Of a DNA stretch of 41,708 bases, positions 22,736-33,908 are shown piece after piece. The translations under genes and the position numbers were made by a program. Every line of letters begins with the position of its first letter. The stretch's first letter is position 1. Source of the DNA: Octopus bimaculoides (Eukaryota); NCBI RefSeq assembly GCF_001194135.2, contig NC_068993.1:34390724-34432431 (forward strand), in the 5' to 3' direction. Below the pieces are notes generated by a model. That model was not told the origin of the DNA and did no database searches. It was given only the letters and a program-made list of their open reading frames with translations.

Positions 22736-22944
22736 TAATGTTAATCGCTACTACAACATGGCTGTTCAGTAAGAACCCACGTTAATGCTATTTTTAAACA
22801 CAGGAGGACACCTCCTCTAGCTGGTTATTCATCAGGTATTGAATGCATCGAATAACCAGCTGGAGGATGTGTCCTCTGGGCATTAAAAATAGCAGTAACA
22901 TCGGTTCCTACAGAACAGCCATTTTTGAGTGACGATTAGCATTA
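22736..22944. mobile_element. MITE-like fold-back element (~95-bp imperfect inverted arms, TA at both ends)
   Basis: 22736-22830 aligns with the reverse complement of 22850-22944 at roughly 80% identity by eye; begins TAATG and ends CATTA. Confidence 0.7.
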
Positions 22945-23074
22945 TACGTTATTTCTGTGTGTGTATATATATGTATATATATATATAAGGAGCAAAGATA
23001 CTGAAGATTCAGTATACACCACGTGGCAAAAGAAGTTCATATACGGTACTTTTGGCGGTAGTATATTGTATCGA

Positions 23075-23550
23075 ATAGGAGGAAAACGTTTTGTATGATG
23101 AACTTCAGGGATTCAATGACAAAAATCTGGTTTAGAAAACTTTGATTGACAGAAGCATTAACCAACTACAACAACGATGACGAATCACTAGTGAGAAACA
23201 AAAGTAATTATCTACCACCCAAAGAAAGGAATAAAACACTAGACGACTTCTGCAACCGTATCCAAAATTTTCCTAACGCTATCTATAAACCAAAAATTGT
23301 ACTTAGGTACTTCAACAGCATACAATGAACACTTACCACAGTTAAAAAACCACAAAGACCTGAGAATCAAAGAAGCAGACAAAGGTAGTGCGGTAGTAGT
23401 GATGGACACAGAATACTATAAAAACCTAGCATTGTCGATACTAGAAAGTGACTACTTTTATGAAAAAAGTTGCAAATTATAGGCAGCAAAAAACGTTAAA
23501 AAAACTTGCAACTTTAATACTCAAACATGTATAAGAACGCCTAAACAAGG
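23075..23550 (+). mobile_element. Penelope-like element fragment (ORF N-terminus and RT start)
   Basis: SLVRNKSNYLPPKERNKTLDDFCNRI...LKNHKDLRIKEADKGSAVVVMDTEYYKNLA contains the IKxADKGxxVVVM hallmark. Confidence 0.8.
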
Positions 23551-24297
23551 AAAACCTGTTCATACAAAAGTACAGACCACACTTCAATACACAAATTTAA
23601 CCATTTTAAAAATTATACTATGGAGCCAGTTGTCCTCCTTGTCACTCGTTGCCTCTCTTGGTTTACTCTCTAGACTCATTCTTATTTTTCAAACATCCAA
23701 AATGCCAAGACTCCTGTGTCACAAGAATTATATATACATATAAATATGTATATATTTATAAAAAGATATTAAACTATATGAAACGAAGGCATTTCTCTTC
23801 CACTTTTTATATTTGTTTTCCACATATTTTCAACTATATATANNNNNNNNNNNNNNNNNNNNNNNNNNNNNNNNNNNNNNNNNNNNNNNNNNNNNNNNNN
23901 NNNNNNNNNNNNNNNNNNNNNNNNNNNNNNNNNNNNNNNNNNNNNNNNNNNNNNNNNNNNNNNNNNNNNNNNNNNNNNNNNNNNNNNNNNNNNNNNNNNN
24001 NNNNNNNNNNNNNNNNNNNNNNNNNNNNNNNNNNNNNNNNNNNNNNNNNNNNNNNNNNNNNNNNNNNNNNNNNNNNNNNNNNNNNNNNNNNNNNNNNNNN
24101 NNNNNNNNNNNNNNNNNNNNNNNNNNNNNNNNNNNNNNNNNNNNNNNNNNNNNNNNNNNNNNNNNNNNNNNNNNNNNNNNNNNNNNNNNNNNNNNNNNNN
24201 NNNNNNNNNNNNNNNNNNNNNNNNNNNNNNNNNNNNNNNNNNNNNNNNNNNNNNNNNNNNNNNNNNNNNNNNNNNNNNNNNNNNNNNNNNNNNNNNN

Positions 24298-24360
<63 letters not shown>
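24298..24360 (+). repeat. (TA)n(GA)n microsatellite
   Basis: Direct reading. Confidence 0.95.
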
Positions 24361-24364
<4 letters not shown>

Positions 24365-27257
24365 ACAGTGTTGACCAAGTTGGTGCTAGCGCATATCAAT
24401 GAGTGTTGAACCGTGTCTGGTGGTTGGCTCGTGGTCTTTTGAGGTAACGTATAAGATTCGACGTTCGTTGGAGCAATTGGTAGTTAATTGACTTCCTGAA
24501 GCCACGACATTATAGCATTGTCCTGAAATCAAAAGTGCCAAGCATGAGTAATTTGACATGTAGTGTAAATGTTATCCTTTGAGATTGTTAGATTAATGAG
24601 ATATAAGACGATTACTGAATACAAAGTGATACAATTTCCCCCCATACGTATAGCTGTCAATACTAAATTTTCTGCACACATCTGCGGTGGGTAAAAAGAT
24701 TATATAAACATTTACTTTCTCGTGCACCTAAAGTTGACAAGTATTTATTAATTCCTATCGTTTTCACTTCATGTCTAAAGATGTTTGTCGCCAGTACCCT
24801 TGCGATCAAACTAAACGTGGTTGTTCCTTATTTGCAAGTAGACGTTCTCAGGTGAAGTCATCAAACCGTGAAGATTGTGTAATCAATAGACCAAAATTCT
24901 AAGACAAAATTAATGAAGCTGCTTGGTTATTTCAAAATCTTCAATGAAGAATTCAGAAAAAAGAAACAATTATTATGATGTTCGTAAACTTTAACCGATT
25001 TACTTTTAAATATCTTGCCATATAAAATATTGGCAAAAGTAAGAAGCGCATATTGTGGAGGAGAATTTGTTTGTTAATACTGCGAGTATGAGGAATTTTG
25101 TCAACTACTATACATAGAGATGTAAGTGATGTGCTGAAGTGAGTAGGTGCTAATTTTTCATTGCGATTTTCAATGCAAAGATTTACATTATTTCTTAGAA
25201 ATAGTAATCGTTGCAGTGGAATTATTAGGCATATTTTTTTGCAAAACTTGTGAAATCTTAAATAATTATAAATTGCCATGTCCAGACATCATTATTTTGA
25301 TTCGTTTAGTACTAAATCAGGTGATGGGTCCAAGATTATTTGAAGACTTGCCCATCTTACGTCATTACAACTAAGCTAAATGGGATAGACAAAATTATTC
25401 ATGCTAGATATCAGAATTTGGAGTGAAATATGTATGTCTGCTCATTCCTTTTATCTTGTTGGAACAGCACTGTCAAGGGTCAATCATATTTTGACTAAAT
25501 AACGAAGTTATCTCTTTGTTGCGAAAAGCAGGTACATATGTCGCTCATTAGTATCAACATAATTTTCTCCAAATGATTTTCTTCACACTAAAACATAGGC
25601 TTACTGAGTAAACTGCTACAATTGTATGCTGTAACCTTCAATGTATCCTTGATGTTTTTCTTCTGTATTATAATGTGGGCCACAAGTAAATGGATCACCG
25701 TTGAAAAGGAGATTTAAGTAGTTAAAACTTTAATGATTAAACTCTATTGAATAATAAATTAATCTTTCATAAATATAATTTAATCTAACCTTAAAAAATG
25801 ATTGAGTTTCGTGGCAGTTTCAGCTTCCCAATGTTCGAAGATCATCAGATAAAAAGGTTGCCTAGCAATTGATATATAGTTTTACTTTGTGGAACCATCA
25901 TGACATGTGTGTCAGCGTTGCACTCCGTATTTGATAAATGAAGTTTGACGTCACCGCACAAAACTTCATCTCCTTTTGCGATGTAGATTCGTTAGGGATC
26001 GTGCAATATACTTTCTAAAATCTTTCTCGAAAGTACATTCATGTATTACCTACATATTCCTTCTTTTGGAGGGACCATGAATAGCTATTACCCCATTGGA
26101 TACCTTGAGCATTGCATTTCATTTTCTCATCCACTCAATGCTGTCCGCTTTGGCATCAAGTTTTCCTTGATGCTTTTTGTCCCTTCTAGCAGTTTCTTTG
26201 ATACTATTAAATAATTATGTTTTAAAATAAATTGTCGTTTGTTATTGGGAATGTAAATCAGCAACAGCAACAGCAGCAGCAGTAGCAGTGGCATCAGGCT
26301 GGTGAAGCTTTGATTGTTATTAGTGGATAAATCATGCACAGAACCTAACAACTACTGGATAGGTGGTGTTATTCTTGTTACCTAAAATTTCAGATATCCC
26401 GGCAGCATTGTGTTAAAATAGATGCGAAACTCGTTCCTCGAAAGAATGGAGGACCCATTCAGTCAGCAAACGATCAAAGGATTAGAAATGATGAATTTTC
26501 GGAAAAAAATCAGCTACACTTTTTTCAACCTTCTAGTGGGTGACATCCAATCTAAAAGTCCATTCTGTCAAAGACACAAATCTTTCGCCTCTATACTAAT
26601 TGTAGCAACTTGGCAAAAACATTTGACCGCAAACAGGGTAAGTAAAAAATTAAATCCAAGTTGATTTCTGTGCAATTATCGGAGGATTTAAACCTACTTA
26701 AATCGATGTTAAATCCTATCGTTCAAAACGTGCACTCTCTTTTTCCTTTATACATTTTGAAGAAAGGTAATTAAAGTAGTAAAAAACATCACGGTTTCAG
26801 TTGTTTTCCTGTTTGATCTGAAACAAAAGAAACGGAAGAATTGATTTATTATTATTACTATTATTAAGGAGGCACTTTGTCCATTTTCAATAATTTTAAC
26901 GGTTGCCGATTTTTGCTATAGCGGATCCTATGCATAAATATCTCCTTGAATGAAAAGACATTGTGGTTAGTCATTCTTTCAAAACGCATTATGTTTAAAG
27001 AACATATATGTATCCATTCTTTCTTTTTTTGGTAAAAATATTAAAAACTACATATTTATCCACTCAAATTATTTAGTAATGGAAACAATATATTTTTTCG
27101 TAGTATCAGAGACTTTGCTTTTAAATTCTAGATATTTCTTAATATTTTGAAGAAACCAAAAAAGGATAAAAATGGTTTGAATGGGTCTGCCAATTCTCTT
27201 AGGATCCCCATCCCGAAACACCAAAGTTTGCCAAAATAATGTAAGCTATTTCGTGTA

Positions 27258-27440
27258 ATAATGGTTTCAAATTTTGGCACAATGCCAGCATGTCTGGGGG
27301 AGGGGTAAGCCGATTACATCGACCACAGTGCTCAACTGGTACTTATTTTGTCGACCCTGAAAGGATGAAAAGCAAAGTCGACCTCCGTGGAGTTTGAAAT
27401 CAAAACGTGAAAATGGATGAAATGCTACCAGCTCACCGCC
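27258..27440 (-). mobile_element. tRNA-derived SINE, family B
   Basis: Aligns with family B over its length, with an internal deletion near the head. Confidence 0.85.
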
Positions 27441-27796
27441 ATTGGAGTGAATGGGTTAGCCTGGGTAATAATACTGTCTGTCGCTGGATTGATGAAATAG
27501 GGAGAATACTAGAAATCAGTTGTTCATGAAACTTAGGAGGTTTGTATTTAGCAAACAACTTGCCGAGCCAGGCATTCTACGATGCAACAAACTAACACGT
27601 GCTTTTATGTGTACTTTGTTGACGAAAAGATTATATCTCAAATGATTTCCTGTAAATAGTTAAGACCAGGAAGGGGAAATGGTAGTATGCACGTTTACCC
27701 AAAAGGTAAATATATTAACCTCAGCAATATGGTTATCATGCTCATGGCTTACAATCTATGACACAATTTATGGTTTACAGTCTATGAAACTGGTAT

Positions 27797-27995
27797 AATC
27801 CTTTCTACTATAGGTACAAGGACTGAAATTTGTAGTGAATGTGTTTGTGTGTGTGTGTGAGGTGGGCGTAAGTCGATTACATCGACACAAGTTTTTCAAT
27901 GGTACTTAATTTATCGACCCCGAAAGGATGAAACGCAAAGTTGACCAAGGTTTGAACTCAGAACATAGCGACTGGCGAAATATCACTAAGCATTC
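27797..27995 (-). mobile_element. tRNA-derived SINE, family B (CCTTTCTACT-type 3' end)
   Basis: Aligns with family B; short (GT)n inside. Confidence 0.8.
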
Positions 27996-28414
27996 AGCTG
28001 AGACTGGTATAATGACATAAATATGCATAAATTAAGTCACTTTGTCAATGGTATCTATATATTATTGACGATGGTATCTATATAATATAAATTTCTTTTA
28101 TTTATCTATTTTTTGTATTTGTTTTCCTACACAATACTAAACAGTTTCTACACACTGGACTTCTATTCGATCCAAATCTCTTTGGTATTTTCCTATGTTT
28201 GCATCTGTATGTCTATTGTTACTTCTTGATTCAATAATCTTTAGCCTTCACATACTTAAAACGATTAGTAAACGTACATATTACGATATATTTTCTACAT
28301 CACTGTCGGCTTTTCCTAATGACATATAATAACTAATTTACAAAATTTGCCCTAGAATTATGGTGAAGTATTTAATATTCGTTTGTATGTATATATGTAT
28401 GTACGTATATACGT

Positions 28415-28784
28415 GTGGAGGCGCAATGGCCTAGTGGTTAGGGCAGCGGACTCGCGGTCATAGGATCGCGGTTTCGATTCCCAGACCGGGCGTTGTGAAC
28501 ACCTAAAGCTCCACGAGGCTCCAGCAGGGAATGGTGGCGAACCCTGTTGTACTCTTCCACCACAACTTTCTCTTACTTCCTGTTTCTGTTGTACCTGTAT
28601 TTCAAAGGGCCATCCTTGTCACACTGTATCACGCTGAATATCCCCGAGAACTACGTTAAGGGTACACGTGTCTGTGGATTGCTCAGCCACTTGCACGTTA
28701 ATTTCACGAGCAGGCTGTTCCGTTGATCGGATCGACTGGAACCCTCGACGTCGTAAGCGACGGAGTGCCAACAACAACAACAAC
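28415..28784 (+). mobile_element. tRNA-derived SINE, family A variant with (CAA)n tail
   Basis: A box TGGCCTAGTGG, B box GGTTTCGATTCC, a different central segment, 3' ~170 bp homologous to the 16829 copy, and a CAACAACAAC tail. Confidence 0.9.
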
Positions 28785-29759
28785 GTGTATATGTTTGTAT
28801 ATGTGTATATATATATTTATATATATACGTATATATATTTTAACATTTAGGATAAAATCTATATATGACTTTATCAGGCAGTTAGCATGTAATAACCAGT
28901 TAAGGTAAAATTAATAAATTTATATCAAAGGCAAACGCGTAATTACACAGGTTTTCTTTAGAGCCATTTGACGTCTTTTTTTAGCATGTGTTAAGCCTAT
29001 GTACTTGGTGGTTTGCCCTTCATAAAAAAATTATACACGTATATATATATATAAATGGGGTTAAATGCAGGTGTTATTCAAATTCAAAGAATTTCGACGT
29101 AAACGTCGAACGATGAAATGAGTTCTCAACACCGCATAGGTGAATATATAATTTCTTTATCTGTGAACTAAGGTTACCATTGGTTTCATGTGATATATTA
29201 GTTTACTTTACCGTTAAGGTAAGATAACAAAAAATACTCCATCCAGTGAAAGGTAAATATCATGTTAAGTACACAGTATATAGATGTGAGCTACTAACAG
29301 TTTCTTGCTTTGGAGACACGGATCTGAGCAGGTTTTTGTTACAACCTTTCGCCCTCAGCCAGTTTCTGGACTCTAAGCACATGGTTTAATCTATTTACAC
29401 ATTAGGACGCTGATACACGAGAAGGCAGACACAAAAAGTGGAACTGTAAATAAAATTGGAAAAAAAGAAGAATAAATAATGAAAATTGGAGTTATGTGCC
29501 CTTTGGCCGTGAAGTCGTCATTAACCTAGTTATTGTATAATAATTCAACAGAGAGGGGTTTAAAATCTGCAAGACGGCTGTTCAATCCGGCGAGGCTTGT
29601 ACCCTCTAGTTTTTCAACTGAAATTCATCTATATGCTTGAATTTGCCTGAAATTTTGGATCTTGAATTCAGTAGTGCGGTGGAATTTTTATTTCTTAAAA
29701 GAAAAATATGAGATCTTTCATCTACGCATACGTTACATTTCTCATATCGATCGATTGAA

Positions 29760-30190
29760 ATATGGTATGGATTTGTCAACGATGCCCCACTTAATTGTAT
29801 GACGTGTGAAGTTTGTGTTCAAACCTCATACATGGCAAGCCAACTTAGTGGTTTTACTTTTATCGACGAAGATAGGTTGTTTGTAGAACGCCTTATGAAA
29901 ATACCTTTGCATAATCCGATGTAGTTTTTCGTTTCGGTTGGGTTATCTTGAAGCTTTATTGTAACTTTCACCTCATCCACTTTTGGTGTTTATCATGGTC
30001 AAATGGGCAATCTTCAGGGTTTCGACATTATCGACTGTGAGTGGGCTCTTGGGTGAAACTGTTCTTCATATAGGGGCAGCAGCTGTATGACATTTTAAGC
30101 AAGCGTCCGTTACAAATCTTCCTGTACTTGTGGCTTACTGGGAAATGCTTTTCTCAGCCATGCAGTATTCCCAACCCTTCGTTCTGATAT
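29760..30190 (-). mobile_element. Penelope-like GIY-YIG fragment (SYSCxP / CxCRxxxxCP type, possibly Naiad group)
   Basis: EKHFPVSHKYRKIC...KMSYSCCPYMKN, *CRNPEDCPFD, KNYIGLCKGIFIRR across several frameshifts. Confidence 0.65.
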
Positions 30191-30229
30191 AGAGCAATAT
30201 ATCTGCATGTATATCTGTATATACATACA

Positions 30230-30259
30230 TACATATACACATACATACATATATCTATT

Positions 30260-30293
<34 letters not shown>
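30230..30293 (+). repeat. (TACA)n/(TG)n microsatellite
   Basis: Direct reading. Confidence 0.9.
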
Positions 30294-30297
<4 letters not shown>

Positions 30298-30624
30298 TCT
30301 CAGTGTCTAAGTAAATTCACTCACATGGTTAGATTTTAAGAAAATAGAAATTTGTGTTTCTTGTTTAAATATTCCTTGTTATGTTAATACAGTATTCTAA
30401 TAAATCTAATACTAATAAGCAGTTGTTAAGTCAAGATAGATTATTACATGACAACACTGCCTCTTATAAACTGATAGCTCCCTCTTAAAATATCTCTTAT
30501 ACACAGGTCGTCTATATAAATTATGAATGTGTTCTGGATTATCAGCTTGGTTATACTTGAAATGAAGTTAATAGTCAGTATCCATTATTTACAATGGACG
30601 GATAGATGCCCTCATCTTGTTTGT

Positions 30625-30670
30625 TATCACCTTTCGGCTGATGTACTCTCCAGCCTTCATCAGGTGTTCG
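30625..30670 (-). ncRNA. Penelope-type hammerhead motif, cleavage triplet deleted
   Basis: CAC-CTGATGA-A-GGCTG..CAGCC-GAAA-G-GTG; lacks the CGTT seen in the sister copy. Confidence 0.6.
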
Positions 30671-31023
30671 GTGGATTTTCGAACCCAACCCTTTTTCTGA
30701 CCAATCGAGATGTTGCCGATGCTGATATCAATCTGTTGATATTATTTTTCAAGTCTCTGCCTGGGATTGAACGTAGAATCTGAGACTAGTAGCCCGCGCT
30801 CTTATCCCCTACGCTGTATGCCAGTGGGCAATTATAGAGTGAATTTTAGGGCTTATAAGCCTAGTATTTTATCTTTTCTTAATACTGGTTCCTATATTAC
30901 ATTCATGTCTGCACTAGGTCTGTTTAGGAGGTTATTGTGTGCTAGAATATGTGCAGTCTCTTTTAATTTTCTTATTTTCCAGTGGTGTTCTCTGTCGATT
31001 ATTTTAACCCCTGATGAAACCGG

Positions 31024-31070
31024 AACACCTGATGAAAGCTGGAGAGTACACCAGCAGAAACGTTCTGATA
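31024..31070 (+). ncRNA. Penelope-type hammerhead motif, stems partly mutated
   Basis: CAC-CTGATGA-A-AGCTGG-AGAGTACA-CCAGCA-GAAAC-GTT-CTG, with a palindromic ACGT helix III. Confidence 0.6.
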
Positions 31071-32455
31071 ACAAAAGACAAGATGAGGACACCTATCCGT
31101 CCATTGTAAATAATGTACATAATTCCTCATCTCAAAAATATAGAATAGTAATACGTCAGTATATTTATGATTTGACTAATGAGACGTAATATCTATCTCA
31201 TCTCTCTCAACAGAGACGTACACTTAATTGCGTGCAGAAAATGCTGAAGGGTAGGATTTAAGTGATAAGAAACGTGTTCTGTACAGGAAGAATTACGAGA
31301 CACATTTGAACGAATTAACACCCTGAAACCTTTGTTACTGATGCGAAGATCAAAGGTATTAGGCTTATATCAGGAAGGTATGACCAGTCTCACATTTCAA
31401 TGTAGGTATTGGTGAGTAGGGTTAAAGCTTACTATGTGGTTTTGCAACAGCAGAAAAAAATAACTTGAGATGATTATCTTGTATATTTTTTGGACGCTGG
31501 TCATATTATGTTAATATATTCTAAACATTTTCGGATTTTCCTTCAATAGATTTTACATGTTATTTTTCTATTTTACTTTTTCATATTTAACTTTTTTCAC
31601 ACCTGGCTTTAGTGCACCATCTTTTTGCCATGTTTGAATACTAAAATGATAGCATAAAAATTGTGACTCTATATATTTGAACATGACATTTCGTTGTGAG
31701 CTACGATACAATGCAAAAAGACCGTGAAAATGTAAAAAATGTAGAAGTGTTTCGTTAACTGGTACGTATTTAATCAACTCGTGGGAGATCCACGAAGGGA
31801 CACTCAGCTCCAGGTGTATTTAAAATAGAACATAAAATAGAATATAAAATAAATTAAAATAAAAAGATGTAACTAAAATGCACGATAGAGTTTTCTGATA
31901 CTGTAACGATTCCGCTATCTGTTTCTGGCTGACTTGTGCTGTAATTAATGAATTTGTTGGACTGTTGATTATCGTTGTCAGCGTTAACGACTTTTATCAT
32001 ACAGACTTCCAGTATATGAGTAATGTTATGTCACATGACATAAACTGCAAGACATAATCCTGACTTCATTTTCTGCTCTTTATATAATTTGCCACGATAT
32101 TACTATCATTAGAGTCACCGTGACATTAAGTAAAAAGAATATATGATGAATAATGCAGTTCTTAAAAGAGGACATAGGTCTTCTAAAGACAGACAATCTT
32201 CTGTAAACAAAGTATTATCGATTTTCTGGTGGAAAATGGAAACGGTAATAGAACGAACAGAAAAAGAAAAAAGAAACAAAAAGAAAAAAAGAAAAACAGA
32301 TTATTTCCAGCTTATGTATATTTCACATTAGCCAAATAATTCCTTTATATCAATAGCAACTCTAAGATGTCATCTTAAAGATAGCGGTTTGGCAGTTATA
32401 NNNNNNNNNNNNNNNNNNNNNNNNNNNNNNNNNNNNNTATATATATATATATATA

Positions 32456-33440
32456 TTCCACCGGACCGACCCCAAAGCTATACGGTCACTATAGAGACGA
32501 CTGCATTGGTGCTACCTCCCTCTCCCGCGAACAGCTCTGCAATTTCATCCCTTTCGTTTTTAACTTCCACCCTTTTCTCGAATTCACTTCTACCATCTCT
32601 GACACTTCTGTAAACTTCCTTGCTACCTCTCCCTACATCGAACCCTTCACCCACTCTCTCTCCACTTCCGCCTTCTTTAAACTCACGGACTCCCATCTCT
32701 ATCTGAACTTTCCTTCCTCCCATCCCTCCCACACCAAACGGGCCATCCCTTGCTCCCAGTTTCTCCGCCCCTCAGATCTGTGCAGCCGGGACCAGGATTT
32801 CGAAACCCAGTCCCAACATCTGGCCCTCTTGCTCATGCGTCACGGATATCCATCCACCCTTGCCTAAACTGCCCTTACCAGCTCTCGTCAAATCTATTGC
32901 ACTACCGCCCTCTTGTCTTCCCCACGTCGATCTCCAACACCATCACTTTTCCATTCCTTTTCCACCCCTCCACTCTACCCCTTCGTCGGAAACTCCTGTG
33001 GGCCTTCCGTGGCCTCCAGTCATTTACCACCACCCTCCCAATTTCCCCCAACCCATCCTTGCCTCCTGCAAACGCGCCCATAACCTACACAATCTACAGG
33101 TCCGTAGCTCCCTCCTCACTCCATTCCAACCCAACTCGGATCGTTCCCTTGCTCCAGACCCCGTTGCCACGCCTGTTCTTTCATCACCAACACCACCTCC
33201 CTCACTGGATCCAACCAGCAGACCCTCTACGTTAAGAACAACTTCTCTTGCTCTTCTTCAAGCCTCATTTACTGCATCACGTGCAATCTTTGCAATAACG
33301 TTTACGTTGTTTAGATGGTCCGCGGGCTAGCCGACCAGTCCACCGATCACCTACCAGACGTTCGTCTACGTAAGAACACCCTCGTCACCTGTCATTATCG
33401 TCTGGCCCACCACTCCACCTCAGATCTCACCGTCTTCGGT
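32456..33440 (+). mobile_element. Penelope-like element, Neptune-type (RT C-terminal half to GIY-YIG)
   Basis: PKLYGHYRDDCIGATS...NFHPFLEFT...TDSHLYL..SSHPSHTKRAIPCSQFLR...GYP; KRAHNLHNLQVRS; FSCSSSSLIYCITCNLCNNVYV. Starts right after (TA)n. Confidence 0.9.
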
Positions 33441-33750
33441 CGGGGCAGCCGATATCCTACGCAAGACAAATCTATTCAGTAGTATAACCCAAACAAAAAA
33501 AAAACCACAAATATAATACACACTCTATACAGTAAATTATCAAACAAAATAAACAACCACCACATGTACACTAGAAGCGGGATATCAAACAGAAGGACAC
33601 AAATCAAATTACAAGCATACAACACACAATACAAACAATAATACAATAAAGGACTGCAGTCAGACCCCGTAAGAACACAAACTGATGCAATACAAACCCG
33701 GCAAGCTTTTGCACTCCTCAAGAGCAGAAGAAGAATATTGAAGTATTTTC
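33441..33750 (+). mobile_element. Possible extreme 3' end and 3' UTR of another R4/Dong-like LINE
   Basis: GCAGCCGATATCCTACGCAAGACA resembles ACTGCCCATATCCTACGCAAAATA (TAHILRK) at about 34685, followed by an A/C-rich UTR-like stretch. Confidence 0.35.
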
Positions 33751-33818
33751 CTAAATTTATCGAAAGTGACTGTGATAGTCATATCACAGTCATGCGTTAT
33801 TCTTAATCCTTCGTCCTC

Positions 33819-33820
<2 letters not shown>

Positions 33821-33906
<86 letters not shown>
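33821..33906 (+). repeat. (TA)n(TG)n microsatellite
   Basis: Direct reading. Confidence 0.95.

Positions 33907-33908
<2 letters not shown>

Larger units (their letters stand above)
30520..31145 (-). mobile_element. Penelope-like 3' fragment (GIY-YIG C-terminus and 3' pseudo-LTR) with an inverted pseudo-LTR copy on its 5' side
   Basis: KIIDREHHWKIRKLKETAHILAHNNLLNRPSADMNVIWEPVL on the minus strand (about 31005-30870). 30580-30672 is the reverse complement of about 31021-31115. Confidence 0.8.

Noticed and set aside
25290-25710. Minus frame resembling an ionotropic glutamate receptor S1 lobe (PFT...EGYSIQL...ADIHIS...FVYP)
   Set aside because: About 8 stops in 135 codons is random-level for this base composition and there is no splice acceptor; likely over-reading. 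A tblastn search would settle it.
26258-26295. CAG/CAA-like triplet run suggesting a poly-Q or poly-S exon
   Set aside because: Flanked by stops; no splice context or domain similarity.
28415-28490. tRNA gene
   Set aside because: A and B boxes are present but there is no complete cloverleaf, and it continues into SINE body sequence.
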